From assembly GCA_047495785.1 (NCBI GenBank), contig JBLDXI010000012.1:434001-498000 (forward strand): a stretch of DNA of 64,000 nucleotides, in the 5' to 3' direction. The notes below the pieces were generated by a model that made no database searches, was not told the origin of the DNA, and saw only the letters and a program-made list of their open reading frames with translations. Shown one piece after another: positions 27,501 through 39,158 of the stretch (position 1 is the stretch's first letter; each line of letters starts with the position of its first letter). Both the position numbers and the translations under genes were made by a program. The DNA is from Lepidodermella squamata (lineage: Eukaryota; Animalia; Gastrotricha).

Positions 27501-29335
27501 AAATTCGAGATGGAAACTTGACGATATGCTCTGTTTTAGTTGAAATTAAAACCTACGGCAATTGTTATTACCTTGAATAAAGAAGATTCTTATTACGCTC
27601 ATAGGATTAGCTTAATTTTAATGAATTGCGAACTCCCGGGTATATGGGATCGAACGTATGGAAGGTAACTATAAATAATGGAAAAAATAGTCAACAACAC
27701 TACGAAAACATCTCTCTTTCCTATGCGACTCAAATTAGTCCGTTTTTCGACCAACACACCTCGCAATTTCCTTATGGTACGAAGTTATAGAGGACATGTT
27801 TATGCTCTCTCAAATTTATTCAAGTTCAATTGGAACTTTTCAGCTACATGCAATTTCAGTGGATCAACTTGGCAGCGTTTTTGTCCTTCTATTCGCGGAG
27901 GTTAATGACATTTCGAGGTTAGATTTTTCCCACGAAAGTGGGCCAAAATGAGGGCGATAAAAAGTCCTCAGGTGCCTTTTGAAGGTGAGGTCGAGACAAG
28001 CCGATGGCCAAAGCAGGATTTCGATTCTCATAATTTTAAGAGCGATGGCTTTAACAGTATTTTCAATCATCTTTAGTCTCCCATGAAGCAAGGACTGCTC
28101 ATCTGCATGGTGAATAATCTGCTATTCCGAGGCATCGATGTCAACGTCATGCCTTTGCGAGTTAAAGCTGGTTAAATATCTATTGCTTCAATATGCTATT
28201 CAAGGTTATAATAAAATGTGGAAAAGTCCGTTCGTCTGACATCAGACCACAATATAAATCTAAATTTCATCCTTCCGTGACAGCCGCTTCCACCTCCACC
28301 TCCCATATTATGACTTGGTTGAATCTAGAGTGCTTCCGGCCAATATTTTTTCATCCCTTTTGAACTTCCATTGAGGAAATTCAATCTGGCGAGATGTGAA
28401 AAACAAAAGTTAAGGTTGTCAATATTCCTAATTATTATTGTCGTTGCAAACCAGATAGAGACTAAAACCTTGTTTTCTTAGAGGCCCCGCAAACACAACC
28501 TTCACAAGGGAACTTGATCATATACCTATAATGTAAGGGGTCATAAAATTGAACTTCTTAATCATTAAATTTAACCATTATTGTCATCTGTGTTTTCTTT
28601 GTGATTGCGATCTTCAAGGCTGCGTCCAAGTTGCTCCCGGTTTTGTCCAAGTTTCATGGTTGAAACCGTTCCAGAAAACAGCTTTCGATGGTGAAAATTC
28701 AAGTTTATCTATTTTTGCGGAAAACTCCCCGCAAAACGTTGTTGATTTGAGGTGTGTCCTTAAATAATTCATTTCAAAGCGGACGACGCCCCGTAATTAG
28801 CAATCGATTAGCGTGAATTGCATAAAAATCACTCGCTAAAAGCAAACTCTCAGACATCCACAGCAGACATGGTATGCCATCGGTATTTTGAATCCATGCC
28901 AAACGAAATGGCAACACATTATATAATTAATTTATCAAGCTATTATCTTGTATATTATAATAATTAAAAGAATCCACTGTGAATTAGTCAAATGAAACCA
29001 GGCTATAATGAAATTTTGAAATTGGAAACCCACGCAGAGACATCACGCACCACATTGAATATTTTAGCACCCGATACGTTTCTCTTAAAATCATGATTTT
29101 GTTGCACAAACCCGTGGGCGCGAATTTTAAGGCTGATTTGATCCACCTGGAATAATTGCTGAAACGCAGTTGCTGCACGGGGGCGTTTTGTCAATGTTAT
29201 CGTCCAAACTAATTTCGAAAATTAGTGCAATCGAGGTTGAAGGTCTTTCGAACCTTCGCACACGTCTGATTTTCAATACTCCATATAAGTTGTGGAGTCA
29301 ACTTAAACATTTTTTTAAAGGCTGTGTTCCCGACG

Positions 29336-29659
29336 ATGAAAGTCTTGGAAATGATTGTATTTACATCCGCTTTGATGTCAGCGGGCAGTTGTATGCCAAT
29401 GGCTAAACGCTTTTTTGCACCCTACGCAGGCGATTACCTTCAGGATGCCAGCCAAGCTCCCGTTCAACCTATGGATTTGGACCCAGCTGGTCTAGACGAT
29501 TCTTTGTTCAATAGCAGTGGCTATAATGGCATGCTTAAAGAAGTTTCACATGAGTCACGCAGTGCTCATCTCAACGGCGAGGTCCCACCCCTGCTATCTT
29601 ATTTACTATTCCGAGGAGGCGGCGTTAATTACCAAACAATGCGTGTCGCTATTGGCTAG
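29336..29659 (+). CDS. Secreted peptide precursor P2
   Basis: Signal peptide, KR site, C-term SRSAHLNGEVPPLLSYLLFR...VAIG*; TATA ~29284, AATAAA ~29708. Confidence 0.85.
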   Translation: MKVLEMIVFTSALMSAGSCMPMAKRFFAPYAGDYLQDASQAPVQPMDLDPAGLDDSLFNSSGYNGMLKEVSHESRSAHLNGEVPPLLSYLLFRGGGVNYQTMRVAIG

Positions 29660-29995
29660 TGTGGGACATGATTTTCCATGCGACCCTTATTGATTTTTGC
29701 TTTGAGAAATAAACACTGACTGCTCGGGAAATTTCATAGCTTTTCGGAAATTTGATTCACAAATGTTAAATTATGGAAAACTTATAACTGACCGATTCAA
29801 AATGTAATAAAGCTGTTGCTATGCGGAAAAGCCGATTATACTCTAGCGTAATACCATGTTCTGCCGCTAATCGCGCGGACTTCCTTCCTGATGAATGCCT
29901 CGCGTGAACATTATCGCGGTCAACTGAGCAGCAACTATTACACCTATATAGGGCGCTATGGTCGAGAATTTATGCGCAAATATTATTTTGAAAAA

Positions 29996-30355
29996 ATGGC
30001 AAGCTTTTACAATATAGCTCTGACACTACTTTTATTATGCGTCCCTGTACACCTTTTCCCAATCTTTAAGCGAGATTTTGATGAGTTTGACACACCGATC
30101 GAATTCTCCGATAGCCTGCCTCTCTTTCTCAATCAATGGGTTGTATTGGAGCCGAACGATGACCTATTGCACGCAAGCCATAATGGTCTTCTACTGATGA
30201 ACGCAGGCGACGAAGAGGACGACGGGTTCCGGCAGTCGATTGCTGAAGGCACGAGGAGTGCTTATCTACAGGGTGACATCCCACCTTTGATGTCTTATAT
30301 TTTATACCGTGATCATTCGCAAGCTTCAAATGGCGCCAAATATGGAAAGCGTTGA
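29996..30355 (+). CDS. Secreted peptide precursor P3
   Basis: Signal peptide from ATG 29996, KR site, C-term TRSAYLQGDIPPLMSYILYR...KYGKR*; TATATA ~29945, AATAAA ~30392. Confidence 0.87.
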   Translation: MASFYNIALTLLLLCVPVHLFPIFKRDFDEFDTPIEFSDSLPLFLNQWVVLEPNDDLLHASHNGLLLMNAGDEEDDGFRQSIAEGTRSAYLQGDIPPLMSYILYRDHSQASNGAKYGKR

Positions 30356-30747
30356 ACGCTTGAACATTCTGCCCCTCTCACGAACGAAGCAAAATAAAAC
30401 TATAGTATTTATAATTGATGTTATAATTGAAGTCATCGAACAAGAGTGTTCCACCCACACAGGTAAAGTTCAAAGAGGACTGCGAAATACGTCACCACAC
30501 GTGAGCCTCTGTCTTACACGTGCTCCGTGTTCCCAATTTCCAGGTCACGTTATAGGCTGTAAACAATTGTTAAGAGTCTCAACAATCAACAAATTGGCTT
30601 TAAAGGCGTAGGTATGTCTCTTATCTATTGCATTTCCTTAATCCACTGACATACACACCTTCGCAATTCATAATTGTTATTACGCCAAACGCCAATATAA
30701 GCTAATATAGCATGCCGAGCGTTACGTAAAATTGGATCTTCGATAAA

Positions 30748-30943
30748 CAGGGTTGTGATCGAAAGAAAAGTGCAAACTTTGAGTCTGTAAAACATTTGAA
30801 GGGGTGATCCTGGCGGGCCAATTTTTCTACCACAGGTAGCTCTTGGGTATGGCTCACGCCAGGTAAAATTTGGCTCTTATCGGGTCGTTCATTGTTGCGT
30901 AACAAAATGGCTAATTTACACTTTTCTTTCGATCACAACCCTG
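30748..30943. mobile_element. MITE-like element, 196 bp, 29-bp terminal inverted repeats
   Basis: CAGGGTTGTGATCGAAAGAAAAGTGCAAA (30748-30776) matches the reverse complement of 30915-30943 at 28/29. No clear target-site duplication. Confidence 0.75.
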
Positions 30944-31523
30944 AAAATCTAATAAAAAAACAGCCGATAGCTTATTCGATGACCTTATAGGCTTGGAAAA
31001 TCTGACGCATTAAACTATTCATTTCTAAAAAGCGACCGCGTTAACTGAGACTTGCAAGTAAAATTTTCGAAAATAAATTACTCTACATAAAATCATTTGC
31101 GGGACCTTCCAGAATGTTATCCCAACGTAATGCTATTGATAGAAATTCGCTGAAGGACAGCGGCCGAACGAAAAAGATCAGCTACCCATCAAGTTCTTGG
31201 GGCGTGAAGGCATGTTTCCATGCTAATAATCAAATGTTACTCGCCGTACACAATATTATGCGCGACTTCGCAATTGATTTTGACATTTTTATTAACAATG
31301 TGTCTTTTCATGCACCATTGCGCGCCTGCTTTAATTTTAAGACAAACCTTGGGCGTGTAGTAATCGGCACGGGCAATGGAGTAGACATAGTAAATGCGAA
31401 CTCGATACATAAAAACGTCATAGTTGATTTGTCACTCCGTAAATAGTTCTGATTTCACCGGTTAAATTCGCAATTCGAATGAGAAATTCGGATCAGTGTT
31501 ACAATTCATTGCTCGAGTGAACC

Positions 31524-31946
31524 ATGGCAAAATTACTGTTACTCATCCTTGCTACAGCAATAACTTTCTCTCTGCTCATCGAAAACTGTTCTTCACATCG
31601 GGCTACCCTTAAGGGTAAAAGACGCAATCCAAATACTCTGAAGACAACGCGACAAGCTAAAACTGATGATTCGAAGCAACAGCCCAAAACTGCCGCTCAA
31701 GCCAAGTTGAAAGAATTCTTGGATAGATGGACTCCGGCAGAGCTTGACGATTTTTTCGGCAAAATCAGTGCCCAACAACTAGCGCCGATGAATCAAGAAG
31801 ATTTCTCGAACAACTTGTTCGGTCAGTCGATTGCCGAAAGCACGAGAAGCGCGTACCTGAACGGCAATATTCCGCCCCTCATGTCATATCTGCTGTACCG
31901 CAATCACGCATCTTCTCAAGCTAATACAGCTAGATCGATGGGGTAA
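31524..31946 (+). CDS. Secreted peptide precursor P4
   Basis: Signal peptide, KRR site, C-term TRSAYLNGNIPPLMSYLLYR...RSMG*. Confidence 0.88.
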   Translation: MAKLLLLILATAITFSLLIENCSSHRATLKGKRRNPNTLKTTRQAKTDDSKQQPKTAAQAKLKEFLDRWTPAELDDFFGKISAQQLAPMNQEDFSNNLFGQSIAESTRSAYLNGNIPPLMSYLLYRNHASSQANTARSMG

Positions 31947-32290
31947 TAAACGAAGCAGGGCGATTTTGACTGAAAATCAGACCTTTCAAGTTAATCGGTG
32001 ATTCATGTACACATTTTTTTACTCGCGCCCTTCCGAAATATGCGATGATCATTTTATTCAATTATTTGTTGATCTGTTTAATTATAATAAAATCAAATTA
32101 TTAAGTTATGTAGCACTTCCTTGGCGTATTTTCGCAGCGTAATATAATTTCCTGTGGTCGTCTGAGGGCCACCCTTGGAACCAAGTGGGTGTGACAAATG
32201 ATGGGTCACGCGACGACTGAAGCGGAAAAATCGTCACCAAACAGTATTTAAAATGGCTGAATTGATCATATATCTACATTAACCGATAAA

Positions 32291-32692
32291 ATGCTTCTTA
32301 TCATTTTGACAGTAGCTCTCATCTCAATTATGCATCTATCGAAGGCAACACCGATTGCTCATCAATTTGCAGAGGAGCGAGAAACAAGCGACTGGCAGAC
32401 CGAGGCAGTCACGCGGAAACCACAAGCTTCCACAATTTTCAGCCGCAGAACTAAGCTGATCTCAGATCTGATGCAGGCTAAAAAGTACGACAGGATTCTA
32501 CAGTCATCGTTCGCCGATCACAACGAGTGGGGCGTCAGCAATGGCGATGAATTTTTAGGGTTTTCACAGCCGCCTCTCTCACAGCAAACTCGAATGGGCG
32601 TGTTTGACGGCAGCGTAGCGCCCCTGCAGTCTTACCTGTTGTTTCGAGGCGATAATGCTTACTTGACTGCTATGAAAAACGCGATGGGTTAA
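32291..32692 (+). CDS. Secreted peptide precursor P5 (most divergent member)
   Basis: Signal peptide, C-term TRMGVFDGSVAPLQSYLLFR...NAMG*; AATAAA 32758. Confidence 0.83.
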   Translation: MLLIILTVALISIMHLSKATPIAHQFAEERETSDWQTEAVTRKPQASTIFSRRTKLISDLMQAKKYDRILQSSFADHNEWGVSNGDEFLGFSQPPLSQQTRMGVFDGSVAPLQSYLLFRGDNAYLTAMKNAMG

Positions 32693-33225
32693 ATCAACAA
32701 GTTCATTCCTACTCAAGGTAGAGGATTCTATTTTCGATGGCTTATGGTTTATCATTCAATAAAGTATCGCGCAGGATTCGCAATGTGTAATATTTAGTTT
32801 GGCTTCCACACTTCAAAATATGTATATGAATGAGTCAATTTTAGATCAACCGGACACGTACATGAAAGATCTTCGGGTATTCGTTCAAATTCTGAATGAA
32901 TTCCCATCGCAGTTGTAAATCGCCTTAAAATTTAAATCAGGCGAAAGCCCACAGAATCGCGAACAAAAAATGTGTCCTTTCATTAGAACATTATTACCCT
33001 ATTTCAGGCAGCTATAAATCTATTTTCTAGGCTCTTGTCTATTATATTAAAATAATCAGCTCAATAAATTTTCCTGTTTTTCAATTTGAAATAACGCGGA
33101 AATAAATCAGCCTGATATCAGCAATTTTCCAAATCATTTTTAGCCAAATTCGTTCAATGTTTCGTTCCTTCTCAATTTAATGCCGCGAATAGATTAGTTT
33201 ATTTAAATTTGACCAAGAATTTATA

Positions 33226-33534
33226 ATGTGGTCGCTGCTTCTATGCGTCATTGCTGCCATCCACCAGGCTATGTCAGCACCTGTCTATTACTTGTTGGAA
33301 TTTCCTTCCTTCAGCTTGATGACTGATGATGGTGACCTGTTTCCCGATGACGGCTATGGGTCTGCGGACGATCGCCTTACAGAACTAGAGCATCTCAACA
33401 CTAATTATCTCAATCTAGCATCCGAAACCTCTCGCATTGCATACCTGAGCGGCCAAATACCGCCTTTACTGTCTTTTATCCTTGATAGAGGCGACTCACG
33501 TGGAACCAGCTACATGCGTGCAATAGGAAAATAG
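33226..33534 (+). CDS. Secreted peptide precursor P6
   Basis: Signal peptide, acidic spacer, C-term SRIAYLSGQIPPLLSFILDR...RAIGK*; AATAAA 33578. Confidence 0.85.
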   Translation: MWSLLLCVIAAIHQAMSAPVYYLLEFPSFSLMTDDGDLFPDDGYGSADDRLTELEHLNTNYLNLASETSRIAYLSGQIPPLLSFILDRGDSRGTSYMRAIGK

Positions 33535-33582
33535 TCATACATTATTTATTAATATTTTTCAATTTGAGATGGCGAGTAATAA

Positions 33583-33618
33583 ACACTGTTGCAAAAACTT
33601 GTGGCCCTGAAAAGGGCC
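33583..33618 (-). terminator. Histone 3' stem-loop plus downstream element (H3)
   Basis: Minus strand GGCCCTTTTCAGGGCC (33603-33618) followed by ACAAGTTTTTGCAACAGTGT. Confidence 0.93.
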
Positions 33619-33649
33619 GGTCGGTGTTGATTTTTAGTGAACCAGTCGC

Positions 33650-34081
<432 letters not shown>

Positions 34082-34288
34082 TTAAAATGCAAAAATGCAA
34101 ATTCAATTTAGATTGATACAACCGACAAATGAGACGAGTGTGAGTCGTAAAAGGTGCTCACTAAAGCGCGGGAGCACCCACCAATGAAAAGGGTGCGCAA
34201 TTATAGAGGGTGACCAATGAGGCGCGTGCTCTATTATTGCGAATAAAAAGGGTCCATTTTTCACCGGAAACGTTGTTAGTAGCACTAA

Positions 34289-34639
<351 letters not shown>

Positions 34640-34694
34640 GCGGTCACCTGCTATTTCGACTACAGCTCTCACCATCAGCTCTCGACTACTAACC

Positions 34695-34730
34695 GGCCCT
34701 TTTCAGGGCCACAAGTTGTTGCAACAGTGT
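34695..34730 (+). terminator. Histone 3' stem-loop plus downstream element (H4)
   Basis: GGCCCTTTTCAGGGCC ACAAGTTGTTGCAACAGTGT, AATAAA ~34757. Confidence 0.93.
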
Positions 34731-35480
34731 TCACGATGACCAATGAATTAGTGACGAATAAATGTTGCGTATAACCGTTTTTGATTAGCTTGTTGTCAGT
34801 TTCATTAATTCACAATATAAGTGTCGCGAATGTTGGCATCCAATCTAGCGTAGCACTAGAGGATGTGCCCTGAAATCACCTCAAAAGCAATATCTACAAA
34901 AACTTATACACCTGTAAAAGTTGTGGCGTGTAGCTGACAAATCACTCAGTCACTGAACTTGTCGCTTTACAATTTTGTTTTCACGAACGGTAACGGAGGT
35001 TTAATTTTCTCGTCATAATTTTAAAGTAGTAACCTTTTCAATAAATATGCGTTGAAATGAATGTGAGGAAAAATAATTAACACCTAACATCTAGCATCCT
35101 ATTCAGGTAGGTAGAAAATTTTTACAGCCATCCCAATCGACATCACTTTTTGCTCCAGAAAACTACAAATGATATTATTTTCTGATTTTCTGGACCTAAC
35201 ACATTGTTTTGTCTATAATAAGACGCGGCTTTGACATATTTTTCTTCTTCTACATATTGATTGCAACCAACAATGGCATCGAATAGCGACAAGTCCCTCA
35301 ATTTCTTGGTAATAGGGTTCCCGCTACAAAGGTTTCAGATCACCCAACTGGAAAACCGTCAACTGTCATATGACAACATGGGGCGAGACGCCGCCAGCAC
35401 TAAATACACGATGATGTGTTTGATTTCGCACGTACATTCCATTCAAGTTCCTTTATTTTAAATACCATGAATTCATTGAA

Positions 35481-35541
35481 ACACTGTTGCAACAACTTGT
35501 GGCCCTGAAAAGGGCCGGTTCATGCTTTTCAAAAGCTGCGA
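35481..35541 (-). pseudogene. Orphan histone 3' cassette (copy of the H2A 3' end) with no intact histone ORF
   Basis: Perfect stem-loop 35501-35516 and downstream element 35481-35500, plus ~25 nt nearly identical to the H2A 3'UTR (36232-36256). Confidence 0.75.
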
Positions 35542-35705
35542 AAGAAAATCTGCGGTGACGCTAGTGGTTTGAGGTTTCGAGGCGGAATCACTCCTGTTCT
35601 TTCGAAGTCGTTTCGATTTTTGTTTCAATTTTCAAGTCCATATCAATTACGGCAACTCGAATACTGCTACCCGACTACGGCATCGTGACCTCAATTACCT
35701 GTATA

Positions 35706-36131
35706 CTGTATATCTACTCATTTTCGGTGGTCACTAATTTTCGGTTTTGGAGATTTCGGACCTGTACTTTTAATTTCGGTGGATTTGAATTCGGTTTGAG
35801 AGTTGATCCTGAGAAAAAAAATTCGAAATTAGTCACTTTAAAATTGATTTCAGTGCTTTGATTTCGTGTTTTTACACGCTATGAGGAGATAATCACTGCT
35901 TTAGCAGCGTCAATGTCTGCTGCTTCCAATATCCCTACTACCTAAAATTGCAGGTAACACAATTTTGGCACATTTTACCCTACTTTACCATGATGAAGCT
36001 GTATTGTAGAAAAGAACAATAAATTGGCCGAATTTATTTTCGGTGATTTTGAATTCGGTGTTTCCTCAAAAACACCGAATTCAAAGATCAAACCGAAAAT
36101 TAGTGACCACCGAAAAATAGTAGATATACAG
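35706..36131. mobile_element. MITE, 426 bp, ~41-bp TIRs, TA on both flanks (Tc1/mariner-pogo type)
   Basis: CTGTATATCTACT(C)ATTTTCGGTGGTCACTAATTTTCGGTTT at both ends in inverted orientation (one indel); TA at 35704-35705 and 36132-36133; internal perfect 16-bp hairpin 36048-36085. Confidence 0.85.
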
Positions 36132-36195
36132 TATCTGGGGCATCAAATCCAAAAATTTAATTTGAAATTGCGAAACCGAATGACCTTTATTACAT

Positions 36196-36231
36196 ACACT
36201 GTTGCAACAACTTGTGGCCCTGAAAAGGGCC
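36196..36231 (-). terminator. Histone 3' stem-loop plus downstream element (H2A)
   Basis: Stem-loop 36216-36231, element 36196-36215, AATAAA 36186-36191 (minus). Confidence 0.93.
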
Positions 36232-36275
36232 GGTTCATGCTTTCTAAAAGCTGCGATGAGATGGAAGTGAGTCGC

Positions 36276-36719
36276 TTATTGAGACTGGCTGGCGGCGGCC
36301 TTCTTCTTGCCACCCGAAGCCGGCTTGGCAGCGGGTGCCTCGGCGGTCTTCTTCGGCAGCAAGACGGTCTGGATGTTGGGCAGAACACCGCCTTGGGCAA
36401 TCGTAACGTGCGATAGCAGCTTGTTTAACTCCTCGTCGTTGCGGATCGCCAGTTGGATGTGGCGAGGCACGATGCGCGTCTTCTTGTTGTCACGAGCGGC
36501 GTTGCCAGCCAACTCGAGCACTTCAGCGGCCAGGTATTCCATGACGGCGGCGAGGTACACGGGCGCACCCGCACCGACACGCTCGGCGTAGTTACCGCGC
36601 TTCAACAGACGGGTGATACGACCGACCGGAAACTGGAGACCGGCACGCGACGACTTGGTCTTCGCCTTCTGGCGGTTGGCCTTGCCTCCCTTACCACGAC
36701 CGGCAGCTGGAGCGGACAT
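36276..36719 (-). CDS. H2A: Histone H2A with extended H2A.X-like C-terminal tail ending SQSQ
   Basis: [31 protein letters not shown]; tail [16 protein letters not shown]. Confidence 0.97.
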   Translation of the reverse strand: MSAPAAGRGKGGKANRQKAKTKSSRAGLQFPVGRITRLLKRGNYAERVGAGAPVYLAAVMEYLAAEVLELAGNAARDNKKTRIVPRHIQLAIRNDEELNKLLSHVTIAQGGVLPNIQTVLLPKKTAEAPAAKPASGGKKKAAASQSQ

Positions 36720-37101
36720 TTTTGTTGTTTGAGTTTTAAAAGCGGAAAGAATGCGAAATTTGCAGTCTGAGCACGAACAATTTTGCCGACACCTGATTTT
36801 TCCTTATATACCCCGCTTTGGCATTTATTTCGCGCCTTTCGATTGTCTTTTGAAATTCGTATAATCTGTTTACGGCTTTATTAACCAATCGAGTCGTAAA
36901 AGCGCGCGCCTCATTACGGCACACGCACCAGTTTGATTGGTCACCCAGGCACGCGCCATAAATAATTTGAACACCGGATGCGCCAGGGTGCGCGCACTAA
37001 TGCCGGCCGGATGTTATAATGATAGCGAAATTGCGTGCATCGGTGTTCGGAAGCTCATAATAATTATTCGCTTGTCAAATCTCGCTTGATTTCAATCGAT
37101 C

Positions 37102-37476
37102 ATGTCGCCCAAAGTTACTGGTAAAGTCGCGTCGAAGGGTTCGAAGAAGGCCGCGAAGCCGAAGACCGCAGGCGAGAAGAAGAAGCGCCATCGCCGCCGC
37201 GAGTCGTACAACATCTACATCTACAAGGTGTTGAAGCAGGTTCACCCTGACACCGGCATCTCCGGCAAGGCCATGGCCATCATGAACTCGTTCGTCAACG
37301 ACATCTTCGAGCGCATCGCCCTCGAGTCGTCGCGCCTGGCCCACTACAACAAGAAGGCCACCATCAGCAGTCGAGAGGTACAAACGGCTGTGCGTCTCCT
37401 GCTGCCTGGTGAGCTCGCCAAGCACGCCGTTTCAGAAGGTACCAAGGCCGTCACCAAGTACACCAGCTCGAAATAA
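37102..37476 (+). CDS. H2B: Histone H2B
   Basis: [42 protein letters not shown]. Confidence 0.99.
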   Translation: MSPKVTGKVASKGSKKAAKPKTAGEKKKRHRRRESYNIYIYKVLKQVHPDTGISGKAMAIMNSFVNDIFERIALESSRLAHYNKKATISSREVQTAVRLLLPGELAKHAVSEGTKAVTKYTSSK

Positions 37477-37517
37477 GCTGCCCTGAAGACATCAACACCG
37501 TCTTCTGACTCCGAACC

Positions 37518-37553
37518 GGCCCTTTTCAGGGCCACAAGTTGTTGCAACAGTGT
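37518..37553 (+). terminator. Histone 3' stem-loop plus downstream element (H2B)
   Basis: GGCCCTTTTCAGGGCC ACAAGTTGTTGCAACAGTGT, AATAAA ~37586. Confidence 0.93.
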
Positions 37554-37648
37554 CACAAGTGCACAGAAACAAACACGGATTACCAAATAAAACGTTTTAT
37601 TTTTCTTACAAATCGATTTCGTACAAAATTAGATTCCTAAACCATTGC

Positions 37649-38226
37649 CTATTGAATTGGCAGCGGGCGACCATTAGGGTTGTTGAGGGCGACGAAACTG
37701 GTCGAAAGAGCGTTCAATACATGCCATGCCAAAATAGGAAGCATCATTTGACCAGCGAAAACTGAAATCGAATGAAAGGCGTAGTAACAGCTAGCGGTTG
37801 ACATAACAAGAAGACCGGATGTAACCGCGGCACCTCCAAACCATCCGTGTTCGAAGAAGAGCATTCCGAATAAGCGGTTAAGAGCCAAATTGACAAAGTA
37901 GAAAAAAGCCGGCATGGTGATACTCGTGTTTTTCGTCGCGTGCTGATACCAAATCAGGTAGGACGACGTACCCATTATAATGTAGACGATCAGCCAAACG
38001 ATTGGGAAGAGCCAATCAGGAGGCATCCACCTAAACAAAAAAACGTTATTACCCACTAAAATGAGGATGAAATAACTTATCATGGCTTTTTGACGCGATG
38101 GTACCAACTCGGAATCGCGAGATGACTACCGATAGGAATGAAACCGAGAAACAGCGGCAAGGCAATACAGAAGATGTAGGCCACAGTCGCCACGAGCCGA
38201 TTAACCGTGTAAACTTCGATGGTCAT
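37649..38226 (-). CDS. TSPO: TSPO paralogue T1 (divergent; intron 38031-38080 has an AT donor, possibly a pseudogene)
   Basis: WYHRVKKP..WMPPDWLFPIVW, hydrophobic helices, terminal NNPNG shared with the other copies. Confidence 0.75.
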
Positions 38227-38393
38227 AATTATTCCTAATTAAAAAAGATTAATTATCAAATTTTATTGCAAAGACGTGGTTGCACATGAGCCCTAAACTG
38301 TTGAGGAAGATGGGTTTCCAAGATTCAGTTTATTTCAGATGATTACTTCTAAAATTTGATGTTACTTTAGCAATAAAAGTGATGTAAAAATTG

Positions 38394-39073
38394 TCAAAAA
38401 AGAGGGCGGCTGTCATCGATAAATTCTGACTCGAAGCCTTTTCCGCTATTCGGATTGTTAATAGCGATCCAAGTGTTGATGACGAATTCCAGAACCAACC
38501 AACCGGCGTATGGCATCATCATGAAAGAGGCTACTCGCGAGATACGGTAGAACAAAATGACACAGGCGACAACAGCGAACCAAAGCAGGCCAACGTCGGC
38601 AGCGGCGGCTTTGAATAGTTGATGGCCGAAAAACAGTTGCGTGTAAGTGCTGTTCAGAACAAGCGTGACGACGTAGGATAGAGCGGCCCAACTAATGTCA
38701 GCCTGATGCTTCGAGTGATGCCGCCAAACCAGGTACGAAGCCATGCCACAGGCGAAGTAGATGAAGGTCCACATCGCGTGAAACAACCACTGCGGCGGCA
38801 TGAAACTAATAACAAAAACTAGGTTAAACAAAATCGCAGAAAATTGTATGCTTACGTTGGCTTCTTGAGACCGCCGTACCAATCGGCACGGTGAGCAAGC
38901 TGATAGCTATTCCAGCCGAGGAAAAACGGAAGCGCCATGCAGATGATGAACGCCGCCATGCAGCTTGTTCGCGAAGTTTTGCGTGGTAGCTGTTGCTGAT
39001 GAGCGACAGGGCTGAAATGCGGCAACATCGGCGTCATCGAGTTGGCTAACAACTGTTGCTTCATAGGATCCAT
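38394..39073 (-). CDS. TSPO: TSPO paralogue T2; intron 38806-38855
   Basis: WYGGLKKPTFMPPQWLF, MPYAGWL, NNPN. Confidence 0.88.
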
Positions 39074-39158
39074 GATTTTAGCAATAATGTGAAATGATGA
39101 GCTAGTTGTAATTCAGTCGGAAAGATGTGAATGCTCATTTACTGCTGCGTTTTTCAGC

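Noticed and set aside
27111-33534. Assignment of P1-P6 to PDF, DH31, CRF/DH44 or NPF
   Set aside because: Only generic similarity (length, helix, amidation); diagnostic residues such as RxRF-amide or GP-amide are absent.
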